Source of the DNA: Dicyema japonicum
Taxonomy: Eukaryota > Animalia > Dicyemida
Assembly (NCBI GenBank): GCA_011109175.1
Contig: RDEW01000020.1
Coordinates: 304,514 to 368,513, forward strand
DNA: 64,000 bases
Reading direction: 5' to 3'
Positions 1 to 13,291 of this stretch are shown here, piece by piece (the first letter of the stretch is position 1; every line of letters begins with the position of its first letter). A program made the translations under genes and the position numbers. Below the pieces are notes generated by a model, which ran no database searches, had not been told where the DNA came from, and saw only the letters and a program-made list of their open reading frames with translations.

Positions 1-125
1 AGATGTTCTAAGAAATATCACTGGTCTCAGATTTTATTATCGGTCCCTTGTTCTTTCCTGGTTTATGCAGAGAAATTAAAATTCCATCACCAAGTTTCAA
101 AAGCGAATGTGCTCGAAAAAAACAA
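1..125 (-). mobile_element. RTE-clade LINE fragment (region upstream of RT)
   Basis: Minus strand reads LKLGDGILISLHKPGKNKGPI, then LRPVIF after a frameshift; matches LGNGLLIPIQKPNKSIGPVENLRPIIL in the RTE at 29.5-31.8 kb. Confidence 0.6.
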
Positions 126-302
126 AGAAATTAGTTAATTTATTAATTTCGACCAAAATGAGACATAAAGGGATAGTACACATAAAAAATAATATTTTAT
201 AATTGATAAATTTAATTTATTAATGTAAAGGAAAATAAATATATTTAAATCTGCAGTCTGGTGGTTGGAATTGGTATTTTATATTTGTCAACCAAAATAG
301 AA

Positions 303-1123
<821 letters not shown>

Positions 1124-1699
1124 GTGTTATTTACTTTGTGGATTATGTCTTACTGATCTGTCAAACATTATACAAATCTCGTCTGGTCTAACAGTTCTTA
1201 AGAGGGCGCTCAGTGTCCACGTAATGCATTGTTAAAAATACCATCAGCTCACTCCCATCTCAATAAAGACTTTTCGGACGACATCCTCAGTAGCTATATA
1301 GATTCAATTCTACAGTAGTGTCCAGTAGATCCCAAATGGGCTCCAGTAATACTTTACTTTCCATTGGAGAGAATCGGGAGATCGAGTAATACTATTTCTC
1401 GACGTGAGTGTCTTGCATCAAACAGTTTTACTAGAGATTGACTATAGGGATTCAATGGATGCATACTGATTTAAAAAATTGAAATTTAAAAAAAAACTGG
1501 TTCGTGTGAAGGTAAGTTTCTCCAGATTTAAATAAATGTCACTGTCTGGAATAACATCGTTCCACGACAGCTTTTGAAATTTGACTAACACGCGTATCTT
1601 GGTCTTGACTCAATTCTATGACTTTCAGAAGTCCATCCTGCTTTTAAATGGAGGGAAAAGTTCGACTAATCAATCCGCTTCGGTTGAATGGGATTCGAA

Positions 1700-2850
1700 A
1701 TCCCCATACATCTTAATCCTCCAACTCTCAATTTTGCAAATAAACATCAACTGAATAAAAAACCATCGAACTGAGATCTTTAATAAACAAACAGAACGTT
1801 GACCCGATTCTACTTCAAGAATACATACTTTACTCCACCATGATACCATTGCATCCCTTTAGACCGCCCTAACCGTTGCGGTGGGGGTCTCCTCATTCGA
1901 TTTACTGACGCGCAAAATTACAATAATAAACGATGGGACTACATAGATATCTGAAATTTCCATTACAACCGGATTTGGAGCTCTCAAAATTCAAATATCT
2001 ACGCCCATCTTTATTCCCAAAACGACTCCTGCCAAACCTATCCAAGCGAACAACAACGAAAACCTGATACTGTGTGGAAACTTACACGCCAAACATGCGG
2101 CATGGGTAAAATAACAGCCAACAAATTCAAGAGGGTCTTTAATAAACCAGCTCACCTATCTGACTCTTCTCAACAGTCCAGGAACCACACTGGGACTCTT
2201 TACAAGGAAAACTAAATCATTAAAGAAAAGAACCGCCGATATTTTCCTTTCCTGGACAGAAAAATCAAACAAAACTCTTAATACAAACATCAAAAAGGAT
2301 TATAAGAGCTGAATCCAACAAATATGACAAATTAGTTTCGCTCCTCCCTTTTCATAAAACCGCTCTGAAGGTCTGGAGAGAAATCAAACAATTTGGCCCA
2401 AAAGGAAATTTCAAGACAACAAACGGATAAGTACAACAAACTTATGAAGTATTACACCATAAGCCACAAAACTTTCAGGAAAATGTATGGGCCTTCTTTA
2501 TCCTTAATGAGACCAAAGAGAACCCAGTCGATTAACTTTATCTCATATTCTGACGTCAGTGAGGGATCGAAGAGGATGAATTCTTCTCTCTCATGTGCAC
2601 CTGATTCTATCCCTGCTATCTTACTAAAACATCTTGGACCCATTGATGCAATCTGAATTTCAACTATTCAATAAGCATACCACTCCAAATATCTGGAAAC
2701 CGTCCTATATACATCAATCCTTAAGCCTGGAAGGATCACCATTACATACACATTTCTTTTTCCTCTCATGTCGAAGGCATCTTTGGGAAAGAATAATCAA
2801 ATCTATTTTTGGTGGCATTAAGACCCCTTTCCAGCTTTGAAATTACTGTA
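1700..2850 (+). mobile_element. Degenerate Ingi-like LINE (APE plus pre-RT remnants)
   Basis: Frameshifted remnants ILLQE, DRPNRCGGGLL, ILCGNLHAKH, APDSIPAILLKHLG and PNIWKPSYIH, matching the better-preserved copies at 26 kb and 59-61 kb. Confidence 0.65.
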
Positions 2851-3679
2851 CAAACAATTCATTGAGCTGTCAGCTACGCCTATGCGTCCTGGGGAATCAA
2901 TTTGCTGCTCTGTAATGACAGTTAGACTTTCAACAGACACATCTAGGACGTATTTAAGGAGAAGGGTATAAATCACTCCATTCCTATTTCTATGCACAAA
3001 CTCTTTCCGCAGACGAACAAGCTGCGTTGGATTCCCCAAATCTGATTGAGGCTCTGGAGATCACTTAATTAATTTAATGTCACTATTTGTGTTCTTGGAT
3101 TAATAAATAAGTGGGTAATGCTTCGCTATTAGCTGTGGAATCCTGCACTGCTTCAAGATACTCAGAAATCTAATCTCAACCCACTTAGGCTATTCGGAAT
3201 TCCCTCACAGTCCAGAAAGGAAATAGTCACACAGTTTAGTCCTGTTTTTAACAATGATTTTAAGTAATTCACGGATTTTGAATGACTTTTTATTAAAATT
3301 TTTCAAAATAAAAAATTCGGAAGTTCATGTTTATGACTTACACGACCCCAACAGATATCTAGATCAACCTGACTCAGGAGTCGTTCAATTCCTGGCCGGC
3401 ATCTAAAAATCCCTTTCCCTACTAGAGGGTTTCCCACAATAGCGGATACATGGACACATACATTGAGTATAGCTTATTAACGTGAACTCTATCTTCTACC
3501 CCTAAGGTTCCCATCTAGGTAGGCCCATTCTGTCAGATCCGGTTTCATAAGACGCTAGTTAGCCAAGAAAGCCTCTCAAAAATTATAATTTAAATAAATT
3601 TTATTTGTAAAATATTATCAAATACGGTAAACCAACATAAATCCGAACTTCAATAATCCGAGTTTTATGATGAGTGATC

Positions 3680-4290
3680 AAAATTTTAGGAAGCTGAAAA
3701 CATTGAAATTTTATTCCTTCCACAAACACAACTGCTCATCTTCAACCGATGGATGTAGGCATAACCAAGCACTTTAAGCATTATTATAGAGAAAGGATTA
3801 TTTTGGTTATATATGGAAGCCTTGATTTGGAAAAAGAATTTTTTGTTAATTTCCGGATGGTATCTCAAGCATCAAGTAAAAGAAGACACAATAAAAATTG
3901 TTTCAAAAAAACAGGGACAATTAAATGTCTTGATTAATAGGGATATCATCCTGCTTTGAATGTGTACCAATAAGAACTTGCTAATTTGGAGAAACGTGGA
4001 TAAGTCAACCCTGAAAATAAATAACTACTAAAAGCACAAACAGAAATGCTCGACGAGAACGAAATTGTCACCTTGTCGTGAAGATTATATCGACGAGGAA
4101 ATTATTGATGCTGAAGATGGAAATAATGAAGAACATTCACCAATACAATTATTAAATGCAATTAACATTATAGAACAGAGTACAAAATTCAATGAATATT
4201 CAGAAATGATATGCAACATTGAAAAAATTAGACACAACAAAAAAGTGTCAATTCAAAGGAATAAAAGACATACATTTATGGCTTGATTAA
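3680..4290 (+). mobile_element. pogo/Tigger-type DDE transposase remnant
   Basis: ILFLPTNTTAHLQPMDVGITKHFKHYYR matches the pogo/Tigger FLPxNTTxxLQPxDxGII motif. Confidence 0.7.
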
Positions 4291-5556
4291 TAAAACATAA
4301 TTTTTTGATTTTAAATATTTTGTTCATTTTTTATTCTGATGTATGAAAACATAAATATTAATGAGGGGTTATTGTAGTTCTCTCCGGCCCTGGGTGAATG
4401 ATAGAAATCTTGAAATTTGAGAGAAATAAGTTTGGAAATTATTTTTTCCAAGTAGCAACAAATTCTTTATTGTAAAAATATCTGTAGAACATCTTGACAA
4501 CAACCTTTGCACACTATTATGAGAACTAAATAATATTGATTTGTATTCAAATATATCGAATAAAGTATTACAAGTCTAAAAACAATCAAATGATAAATTG
4601 AATGAATAACTACAAACCAACAGAACGACGTGCATCACTTATGTTTATTTTGAATATTTTTTTTAATAAATAATATTTAATTTTATTTAGTGAACTAAAA
4701 ATTTACTATTTTATTCATCTCTGCATGAAAAACCCCCAATTCTAAAACGAAACCACGGAACCTGACGCCATAGCTTACACAAAGTACCACAGAAAAATAA
4801 TTCCGACCCTAAAGCACCTGTTTTGTGAATTGGGTTGTTGTTGTCTGGTCAAGGGCAACAACCATTTTTCAGTTTATTGCCCTTACGACTTCCTCAAAGG
4901 TAATTGATTTCTTTAATTGTGTAGTGACATGTCATTTTCGAATGTTTCTCTGCAGATTTTCAGAGTAGGCCGCTATGCATTCTACTGGTCGATAAAGCTT
5001 ATTAGAATTTTCCCATTAGTATCCTGCAGTTTTATTTTTGGAATATACGGGGAAAACCTTGATTTTGTGATTTATCATTTTAATAGTAATAAGAAATTTT
5101 TTATTAATAAAACCCAAAATTGAGAAAATTTAGTAAACCCAGCTTTATTTAACCAACGAAAAAGTTAACATCTAACAATCAACAATATTCCTCGCTACGT
5201 TCTCGTTGGCCACCTAGGCAGCTTCAATTCTGGTTGTTGAAACAGCTCTAAGATGGCTTATCCAATTGAGTTCTCTGCTCTATGCCTCATATACTCCAAT
5301 GTCAGACTCTAGGGTCCGCTTTTAAACAATGGACTGTATATTGGCCTGGAGCTTCTTATCTACTCATAACTGTTTAGATAACCCTTGTGGTACTCTGTTG
5401 CAATTCCTTTTTCACGTATTACTATTAGAATCACTTTGCAACTGAAAATCTGCTTTATCTCGTTTGCAAGAAATCACTACAATGCATTTTAATGTAGTCA
5501 AACACGAAACTCTTTCAAATGTTCGAACTATAAATTTAAAGCACATGAAATGACAG

Positions 5557-6800
5557 ATTATTATTATTATTGAACCAGAAAACCACCGTCATAACCAAAA
5601 GAAACAAAATTTAGGTGATCCCGGCTTCCCTCAACAGTCTTCGCATTTTTTCTCGGTGTTCCGACTGCGTTCCTGCGCATTTCCGATATGGAGGGGGTCC
5701 GCATACTTGAATCCTTCGCATGAGCACTGTTGCAGTCGCCTCTATCAAAGTTTCTAGGTTTCTGAGTAGGATTTCCAAACGGGAATTTTTCTTAAGTAGG
5801 TTTGCTGCCTTCACTTGAATGTTGCAGATCTTGTCCAAATTTGTTATGAACTCCTTTAATGTATTTAGGTGTGTGATAGTTGATCGTCCCTCTTTAAACC
5901 ATAATGAAATCTGCCGTCTGGGAGGGAATGTCGTGTGAGTTCATAACCATCCATTCTAGGATTCTTGTCTGGACGCACAAGAGCGACAAAGGCCTGTAAG
6001 AAGCAGGGTCCTCCCTTGGTTTCCCAGGCTTCAGTATTGGATGAATATTCAAGTTTCCATATAGCGGGAATACAATTGAAGTTGATTGAGTAGTTAAAGA
6101 TTCATGTTAGTGCTGATACGCCCATTATGCCCATCTTTTTCAACAAAATGATCGGGATCCCCTTCCGGTCCACAGAAATGTGTGTTCTTTGTTTGATAGA
6201 TCTCCAAAGCGACATCTCCCAATAAAAATACATTATTGGATGCCTTCTTTTTGGTTTCTTGTGTGGAGGAATATCCATCCTTAGGAATGGTTTGTGGCTT
6301 ATTCTCACAAATGTTTGATAAATCTATTCAGATCCATCTCCTGTTCACGGTCTCCCTCGATTTTGTTTTCAGCGTTTTTGTCATTTCGCAGCATCCTCCA
6401 CATCTTGGTAAGTGAACTATTTATTCATAGCATTAGAAATTCGGTCCAGTTTTGTTTTTTGGAGAAGTTTTGTCTTTTTGTTGATCTCCATGTTCAGTGC
6501 ACGAATTCTGTTAGTATCATGTTTTGTTAGGTGCTTTTTACGTTTGAAACATTTCCTTTTTTTTATTAGTTTAAATGTGCTAGCATCATATATCTTTTCG
6601 GTGAGTTTTAAGATTCCTTTTCTGAATAATAGTTTTCTTCCTTCCAGAATCACCTTATTAAAGTGATGGACTGCTCTATCAATTGAGTTGAAATTATTCG
6701 GATGGAAATTCAATAGGGCCGAGTCCACGTATCTTCTGAATCCTGTCCAGTCAGCATTAATATAGTTATAGAAAATGACGTGTTTTGACCGCGTCATTAA
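5557..6800 (-). mobile_element. Ingi-like LINE, 3' portion, degenerate
   Basis: LKPGKPREDPASYRPLSLLC and GFKEGRST RT-proximal motifs; ORF ends ...REAGIT*, followed by a short 3' UTR and (TAA)n tail. Confidence 0.75.
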
Positions 6801-6974
6801 TGTACAATTGAAAATAAAAATCTAATGATTCATCTTATTTTAATGGGACTATTATAAACTTTTTATGAAAAAAATTATATTAATATTTAAAAATATTTAA
6901 ATAAAAAATAAACTTAATTAATTAAAATGATCGGCCCCAATTTTTCTTGATTTATTTTTGAATTACTTTATTTC

Positions 6975-7790
6975 AGTTATTTATTTTATTAACCCGAAAT
7001 CACGAGAAAGAGGATAAAAGTTATTGTTTAATTAAGTGATCCCGGTGTCCATAACAGTCTTTTTTCTGCCGTTAGTTTTGGAGTTCCTTCACAGCGGGGA
7101 AGGTTTCTTATCATATCTCGGGCAGGCGTCCATATATAATCTGATGTGCGGTCCGAGGGAATGGTCAGGGAGACTTTGCCATCTTGAGGAAGTCCCGGTG
7201 ACGTTCCGTGAGGTATTCCATGATTGGGGGACGTCTAGTGTTCTCCGCAGTAACGAGGTGGACGTCTTTTTCGACGATCTTACTAGAATCCTGAGACATC
7301 GATTTTGTAAAACCTCCAGCTTGTTCTGTGCCGATATTGATAAGGGGCAATTCATGCATCAAGGCGTACTCGATACTAGGTAAAACGAATTGTTTGTATA
7401 GAAGCTCTAACGATGGGCGAGAAGAATCTGGAGAGTGAGAGAAAGCATTGAGAATTCCAATTCTCTTTTGGATCCTCGCGGTTACCAGGTCCACTTAATG
7501 GGTAAGTATGAGTATGAGATCCAGGATGACTCAAAGGATTGAGAGGGTCTTCTTAATGGGAAGCGGGGAGTCATACAATGTTGTTCGTGGTGTTGCCCGT
7601 AATTCTTTTCGTGCTGAGGTAAAAGTCATTACATGCGACTATCCTGGTGATATATTCAGACGGTTCTTTAGAAACCAAGGACGTGTCGCCTCCTCGATTC
7701 TTCGATGTTTCACTGCGACCACGATATCATCCGCATGTGATAGAAGAATTGTGTTTTTGGTGGTTGGGGATGGTAGGTCACTGATGAACA
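6975..7790 (-). mobile_element. 5'-truncated Ingi-like LINE inserted in cathepsin exon 1
   Basis: HADDIV RT motif, LLYKQFVLPSIEYA and KLEVLQNRCLR; ends GIT* plus A/T-rich tail. Absent from the paralog at 63 kb; short TTATTT duplication at the junctions. Confidence 0.85.
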
Positions 7791-8296
7791 TTATTTTATC
7801 TAAAATTCATTTCAGATACGAATCAATCAAGTATTCACTTAAAGACGATGAATATTATGAAATCCAATGGAATAATTTCATAGAAAAATATAGTTAAATT
7901 TATTTTACTTTTTTTTTTACAGATAAATCATATTCTGGTTTAGAACTCCATGTTAGAATGGCTATTTTTACTGAAAACTTAAGATTGATTGACAACCACA
8001 ATCTACTTTTTAATCAAGGAAAATATTTGTATGAATTGGGAATTAATCAGTTTGCTGACTTGGCTTATTTACTATATATTTTTGTAGACAAGAAGAGAAT
8101 TTAGCAAGCCGAACAAATTCACGTTTAATACTTATTCTAATAATACATTCACAGAAGAATTACTGTATGATTAAATTGTTCATGTAAATAAAAAGAGATT
8201 TCCGAGATTTTTTAGTTGGGTAAAACGAAACTGTTTTACTAATATAAAATTTCAAAAATATTGGTGTGGGAGTTGCTATGCATTTGGAACAGTTAA

Positions 8297-8625
8297 TACT
8301 AATATTATAATAAAGCCTTTTCACGAGAGCCATAGAATTTATAGCTTGCATAGGCAGGACACACACTTTATTTAAGTAAAGAACAGTTAATTTTAACTAA
8401 TCGTAGAACCAAGGAATGATCTTCACTTCTTTTTTTCTTTTTCTTGTGTGAGTGTCCTTTCTAGACAATCCAGTTCCGCAGTGAGTATCTACTGATGACG
8501 GCGTCACTCGTCAAACCCTTTCTGCATTATAGATGCGTGGAATTTTCCACCAGGTGAACAGCAACGAGATTTGAAACCGTAACCTAAGCCCGACACCTAA
8601 CACCTAACCACTATGCCACCCGGCT
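8297..8625 (-). mobile_element. tRNA-derived SINE, full length
   Basis: 15-bp TSD ATTTGGAACAGTTAA (8282-8296, 8626-8640); minus-strand box A TGGCATAGTGG and degenerate box B; (TTA)n-like tail; empty site present in the cathepsin paralog. Confidence 0.9.
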
Positions 8626-9249
8626 ATTTGGAACAGTTAACGAATGTTTAATGCATTTAGTTGGTCACAGTGGAGTCACATTTAACAATTAAACGCAATT
8701 TTCTTATATCTATAATTGTTTCTACAAATAATTCTATAGGAGGATAAATGTAAATATGAGGGTCAACCAGATATTAAATTTAAATTGATTGGTTATAAAA
8801 CAATCAGTAATGGTGACGAACAAATGCTTATGGATGTTCTCATTAATGTCGGTCTTGTTAGTGTCTATTTTGATAGTTATTTTATTCAAGGTTATGCTCG
8901 AGGTAAAAATAAATAAAACGTTTAGGAATATACCTTATCAGAAATTGTTTAAACGAGGAATATAATCATTTAATGTTTGTTGTCGGTTATGGGACTATAA
9001 AAGGAGAACAGTATTGGCTTATAAAAAATGGATGGTGCAAAAAATGAGGTATATCTGGCTATTTTAAACTTTCACGTGGGGAAAATACCTGCAGATTTCT
9101 TTCCTATCCCAGTTATCCTATAATCGAATAATTTGGTCGTTAACTTTTGGTTTTAAAGGGATTAAATCATAATTTCAGTTTTTAACATAAAAATATCATT
9201 TATATCCAAATTTTATTATTTATCAAAATAAGTGAAAGTAATTATGTTA

Positions 9250-9720
9250 TAACGCCCGTCTAACTCAATCTTCTCTCCTTGCGGCCAATCCCTATTACTT
9301 GTATAGGCGTGTTCACGTCACTGCATACTCCACATCCAGAGACTACCCTAGATTGACATTCCATGCCGTTTTCCTTATCAACAGACATCGGTACTCCTTC
9401 CTTTCCTCAGCTTGCATACTCTTTAAAGTCTTCCGTAACACTAGCGTCTTTATATAAGCTTTGACCCTCTCCTCCACTTTTAAAGAATCTAGAGACAATT
9501 CCATCCTAAATGATGACCACAGGGATTATTCTCACCTTTGCGCAATGAATAATTTCAAGTTCGTTCGTTAGTAGGTCATACTTGTGGAACTTTTCTATCT
9601 CGACCTGCTTGAGGCAGTTTTGCGAAGTGATCCCAATTTCAACGAGAGTAATCGTATTTTTTTCTTATCATAAACGAAAATGTCGGGTTTGTCATTCGTT
9701 ACGAAAATTTTTATCCAATA
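9250..9720 (-). mobile_element. R4/Dong-like LINE, restriction-like endonuclease C-terminus
   Basis: KPDIFVYDKK...ITLVEIGITSQNCLKQVEIEKFHKYDLL is a PD-(D/E)xK RLE motif. Confidence 0.75.
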
Positions 9721-9869
9721 CTCTATATTAAATTTATATTAATTATCGGTCAAATACGAAATTTAATACTCTTATGTCAACAACTTTTATGCTCGAATAT
9801 TTATTCAGTCCTTGTTTATTTAGAGACGTTCTTTAAAACAATCTGCTTGAAAATGTTTCAACTAAAAAA

Positions 9870-10180
9870 TTTGACCGCTTCATTCTGGGATCCAGGCCAT
9901 GCTTCTAAGCAGGCAGAAAATCAGAAGAGAAGGAAGAACCGAAGCCATTCGAGAATAACTTGTTTATCCCATTTGCTGTTGAGACGTCAGGAGTCAATGT
10001 CCCACAGACAGACGATCTAATCCGTCAGTTCGGCTAAATGATCCAAAGGGTCACCAATGATCCACGTGAGACTGCATGGTTTCGAGAGCGTATCTCGATA
10101 GTTTTTGTCAGAGGAGACAGTATGGGAATTCAAGTTCCCCAAATTAAGTGTTCTTTCAACTATTTAATCTAAAATTAATA
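9870..10180 (+). mobile_element. CRE-like LINE 3' end
   Basis: FIPFAVETSG...TNDPRETAWFRERISIVFVRG, typical of the CRE-type RLE C-terminus. Confidence 0.7.
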
Positions 10181-11299
10181 AAATTATTTAGAAAAAGATT
10201 GTTAAAATTGCAGGTTTAAGGAGGATCGACTCCCTCAAATGGAGATTCGACGCTTTCCAGCGAAACATTCAAAGTTTCCAAGTCATTGGGACGATTAGAA
10301 AATTAAAGAACGATGACCGTGGTCTGACTGGATACCAATTGACCTCTTAAAGAAGCCCACTCTCAGTCTGCTGAACTGAGTAGTAAGATTACACAGCGGT
10401 AGTCTCAAGTTGAGTTATATCCCCAGACGTTAAAAGGTATAGGAATTCGTTTTGCAAGAAAACCCCCTGGAAGTCCCTGATGATAACGACCAATTAACTC
10501 GCTGCCTGTCGTCGTTAAAATTTTAGATTGATACAATAGAAACTAGCACAAATATATATAAGACATCCTCTCGGACCTTCAGATAAATTCAGCGAAGGGC
10601 GATCCTGTGGTGACTGCCTCTGAAGGTTAAACTCTCAGATAAGGCGCCATAAGGAAATGAAACACTCTTGTTAGACATGGACAGGGCGCACTACTCGTCT
10701 TTGACGATGGCCTTAGAAGAGCCTTGCAGAAGCAAAAATGGAATTAATTAGCTGGATTTGGTTTCTATGCTTGAGTGCTCTTCACACATCTCAGCTGAAC
10801 CGAGATACCTAAGCCATAATGTTGACACTAGTGTGTTGCCCTATACTCACTTATGGACTCTTGTTACCTCAATGAGGAAAACAAAAACTCCTAGGGATTT
10901 CTTATAGAACCTGGGGAACTTTCACAATTTTAAGGAATTTCCAAAATAATTTAAAATTTTATTTTTAGTTAATTTTGTAGTCTCCATAAGCATTCAAATT
11001 GTCGAAATTATAATGTAACCACCATTGTGATCGGTGTATTGTGTGTCAATTTGATTGATGTAGTAGATCTAATTTGATTGTCACACCCTATTATGGTTGA
11101 TTACGTAAATGTATTAATGTTTGGTTAACAATAATTAAATTACCTAAATGATTTGGAATACGTAATTCGCATTTTTAAAACAAAATCATCATTTCTTACT
11201 TAATCCGTATGTCATAGAAATCACATACTATTAACGTTTGTGACATTTTTATCCCTTATAACTAAGGAATCACAACTTGTGAATCATGCCTAAAAACAA

Positions 11300-11520
11300 G
11301 AAATATTTTATTTATCAACAACAGATACGAGTCAATGGGCAACAAGCTAATTTATCCAATTGCAGAAGCATGGACATAAAATATATGCAAGTCCATCCAG
11401 GATCACCATAAGGGCAAAAAATCCATTTCTCTTCAATGGAGTGAGAGAAAGGGAATGATTATTTTTGGGTCACCCTGGCACTGCGAGTCATTTGTAACCA
11501 GTAGATCACATGACGGATGT
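11300..11520 (-). mobile_element. Short non-autonomous element related to the 61.5-61.8 kb element
   Basis: Minus-strand GTCATGTGATCTACTGG...CAGTGCCAGG matches 61611-61650; A/T-rich tail. Confidence 0.5.
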
Positions 11521-11654
11521 ATTAAGTAGATGATAAATTAATATAATTAAAATTATAATTTAATCCTATTTAAATTCTACTTAAAGGTTTTATATTTTTT
11601 AAACTGGTTAACCAAGTTGAATAAAATATTGAAATAATAAAATTTAATCAAAGA

Positions 11655-13291
11655 ATGAAACGTCCACGAATATTTCCAAAAGGAATTGTCTGTCCTCCCA
11701 AACTCATACTATGTATACTAATATTGGATGAGGTATAACAATGTCCACACCATTTGTGTACCTTTAGATATCTAATAATACACTTGTAGCATATACTGAA
11801 ACATTTCTACCCCAAATGATTCGCGTTGTGGTTTGTGATAACAATAGTTTTTTGGCTTTGCTGAAAATCAGAAAGGATATTTTGTAGGTATTGTCCAAAC
11901 CTGCTTTTACGTTGGTAGGGTCTTCGGGAGGTTGATTTCTCTTTATTTCAGTATCGCAATCGGCCGAATATCCGATAAAATGAACAAGTTCACCATCCTC
12001 ACCATTTGCTTGTGTCTCTCAGCAATATTCACCTTCGCCTTTGGATTCACTATTAACATATACTACGTCATCGTCCTGAGGTTTCTCATCGGAATGGTCT
12101 CAGGTATTTCGTCCTTCTACAATCAGGGGTTTCAATAATCGACAAGTCAATAATTCACGCGGTCTGTAATAACGGAAACCAATCCATCGGGATGTTATTC
12201 TACGGAATTGGGGTTGCTGCTGCTCAAACAATTGCCCCACTCATTGGCGGTAGTCTCATAATTTAAAAACAAGGATATATGCAAAATCCAGTCAAACTGT
12301 ATCCCAATGTCTTTGGAGACAACCTCTTCTTTGTAAAATTTCCTTATTTTCTGACCTCCGTTTGCGTGCTTTGCATACTTACAGTTAATATTGTGCTGGT
12401 TTTGATCGCCCAGTATTCCCAGAGAAATAAGTACCTATTTTTTTTACCTGTTAGACTACCTGCGATCAATTCTAGGTCAACGATGACCTCTGGAGACGTG
12501 GAGGAGTTCGAATCAACCGCGGAAGCCTTCAAACGGATAATAAAGTCAAATTTGTGTGAAATTAGGTACAAAATGACGGCCATATCCCTGGGAATATACA
12601 TGCTGTACTCTCTTGTGACAATCGCCATCGACGAGCTATTTGTAGTGTTTTTATCCACCGCTTTATTCGACGGTTTCCGCCGTTCTGACTTTTAGGTGGA
12701 CTCGGGTTCTCCAGCAAGCAAATTGGGACGTTTTTGATTTTTTCTTCGCTTCCTTCGATATTCATTCACATCATAATATTTACCCAACTAATCCACAAAA
12801 TTGGAATCATTCAGGTGGTTAGAATGCCTTATAGCAGTCTATAAAAATATGTCACCTCGTAATGATCCCCCTGATTTTGGCCATCCCCTTTTCCTACCAT
12901 TATTGGGACAGATAGTGATTTTGGGTTTATTTCAGTATTTCAGAAATGGTTTTGTTGTACGTCACGTTTATTCTCATAAAAATATGTGGGAATGTCAACA
13001 GTGGAACCACCAGTCTCCTTGTTAACAATTCTGTCAAAATGGAGGACGTCGGAAGCGTGAATGGAATCGGTCTTTCCATGGCCTGTGCCTTCAGGTTGGT
13101 TTTTAACTTAGTTTAGGGCATTGGCTCCGATCACATTTGATTCCATTTACTCAGCTTCAATTTCTCTGAATTTAGGGATCGGGAAGATCGTTGGTGGACT
13201 GATCTCCTTCAGTTCCATCGGAGTCTTCACAGTCATTATTAGTATTCTCTGTTGCTACATCCCGACCTCTCTAAACTCTAGAAGGATATGA
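11655..13291 (+). CDS. MFS transporter, ZIFL1-like; about 11 exons
   Basis: Ten GT-AG introns of 20-35 nt give a continuous hydrophobic ORF with GRISDK, LRFLIG, APLIGGY, FPYFL, GGLGFSSKQIG, GSVNGIG and FRALAP. Two introns are 3n without a stop and are inferred from homology only. Confidence 0.88.

Larger units (their letters stand above)
6927..9131 (+). pseudogene. Cathepsin L-like (C1A) pseudogene interrupted by a LINE fragment and a SINE
   Basis: ERFNIN-like ELHVRMAIFTENLRLIDNHN, GINQFADL, WCGSCYAF, HLMFVVGYG, WLIKNGW. Two insertions, an internal deletion, a TGA at a conserved Trp and a GT-to-GC donor change relative to the copy at 61846-63001. Confidence 0.9.

Noticed and set aside
8580-8610. 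Telomere-like CCTAA repeats
   Set aside because: Only three irregular units inside the SINE head; not kept in the second copy.
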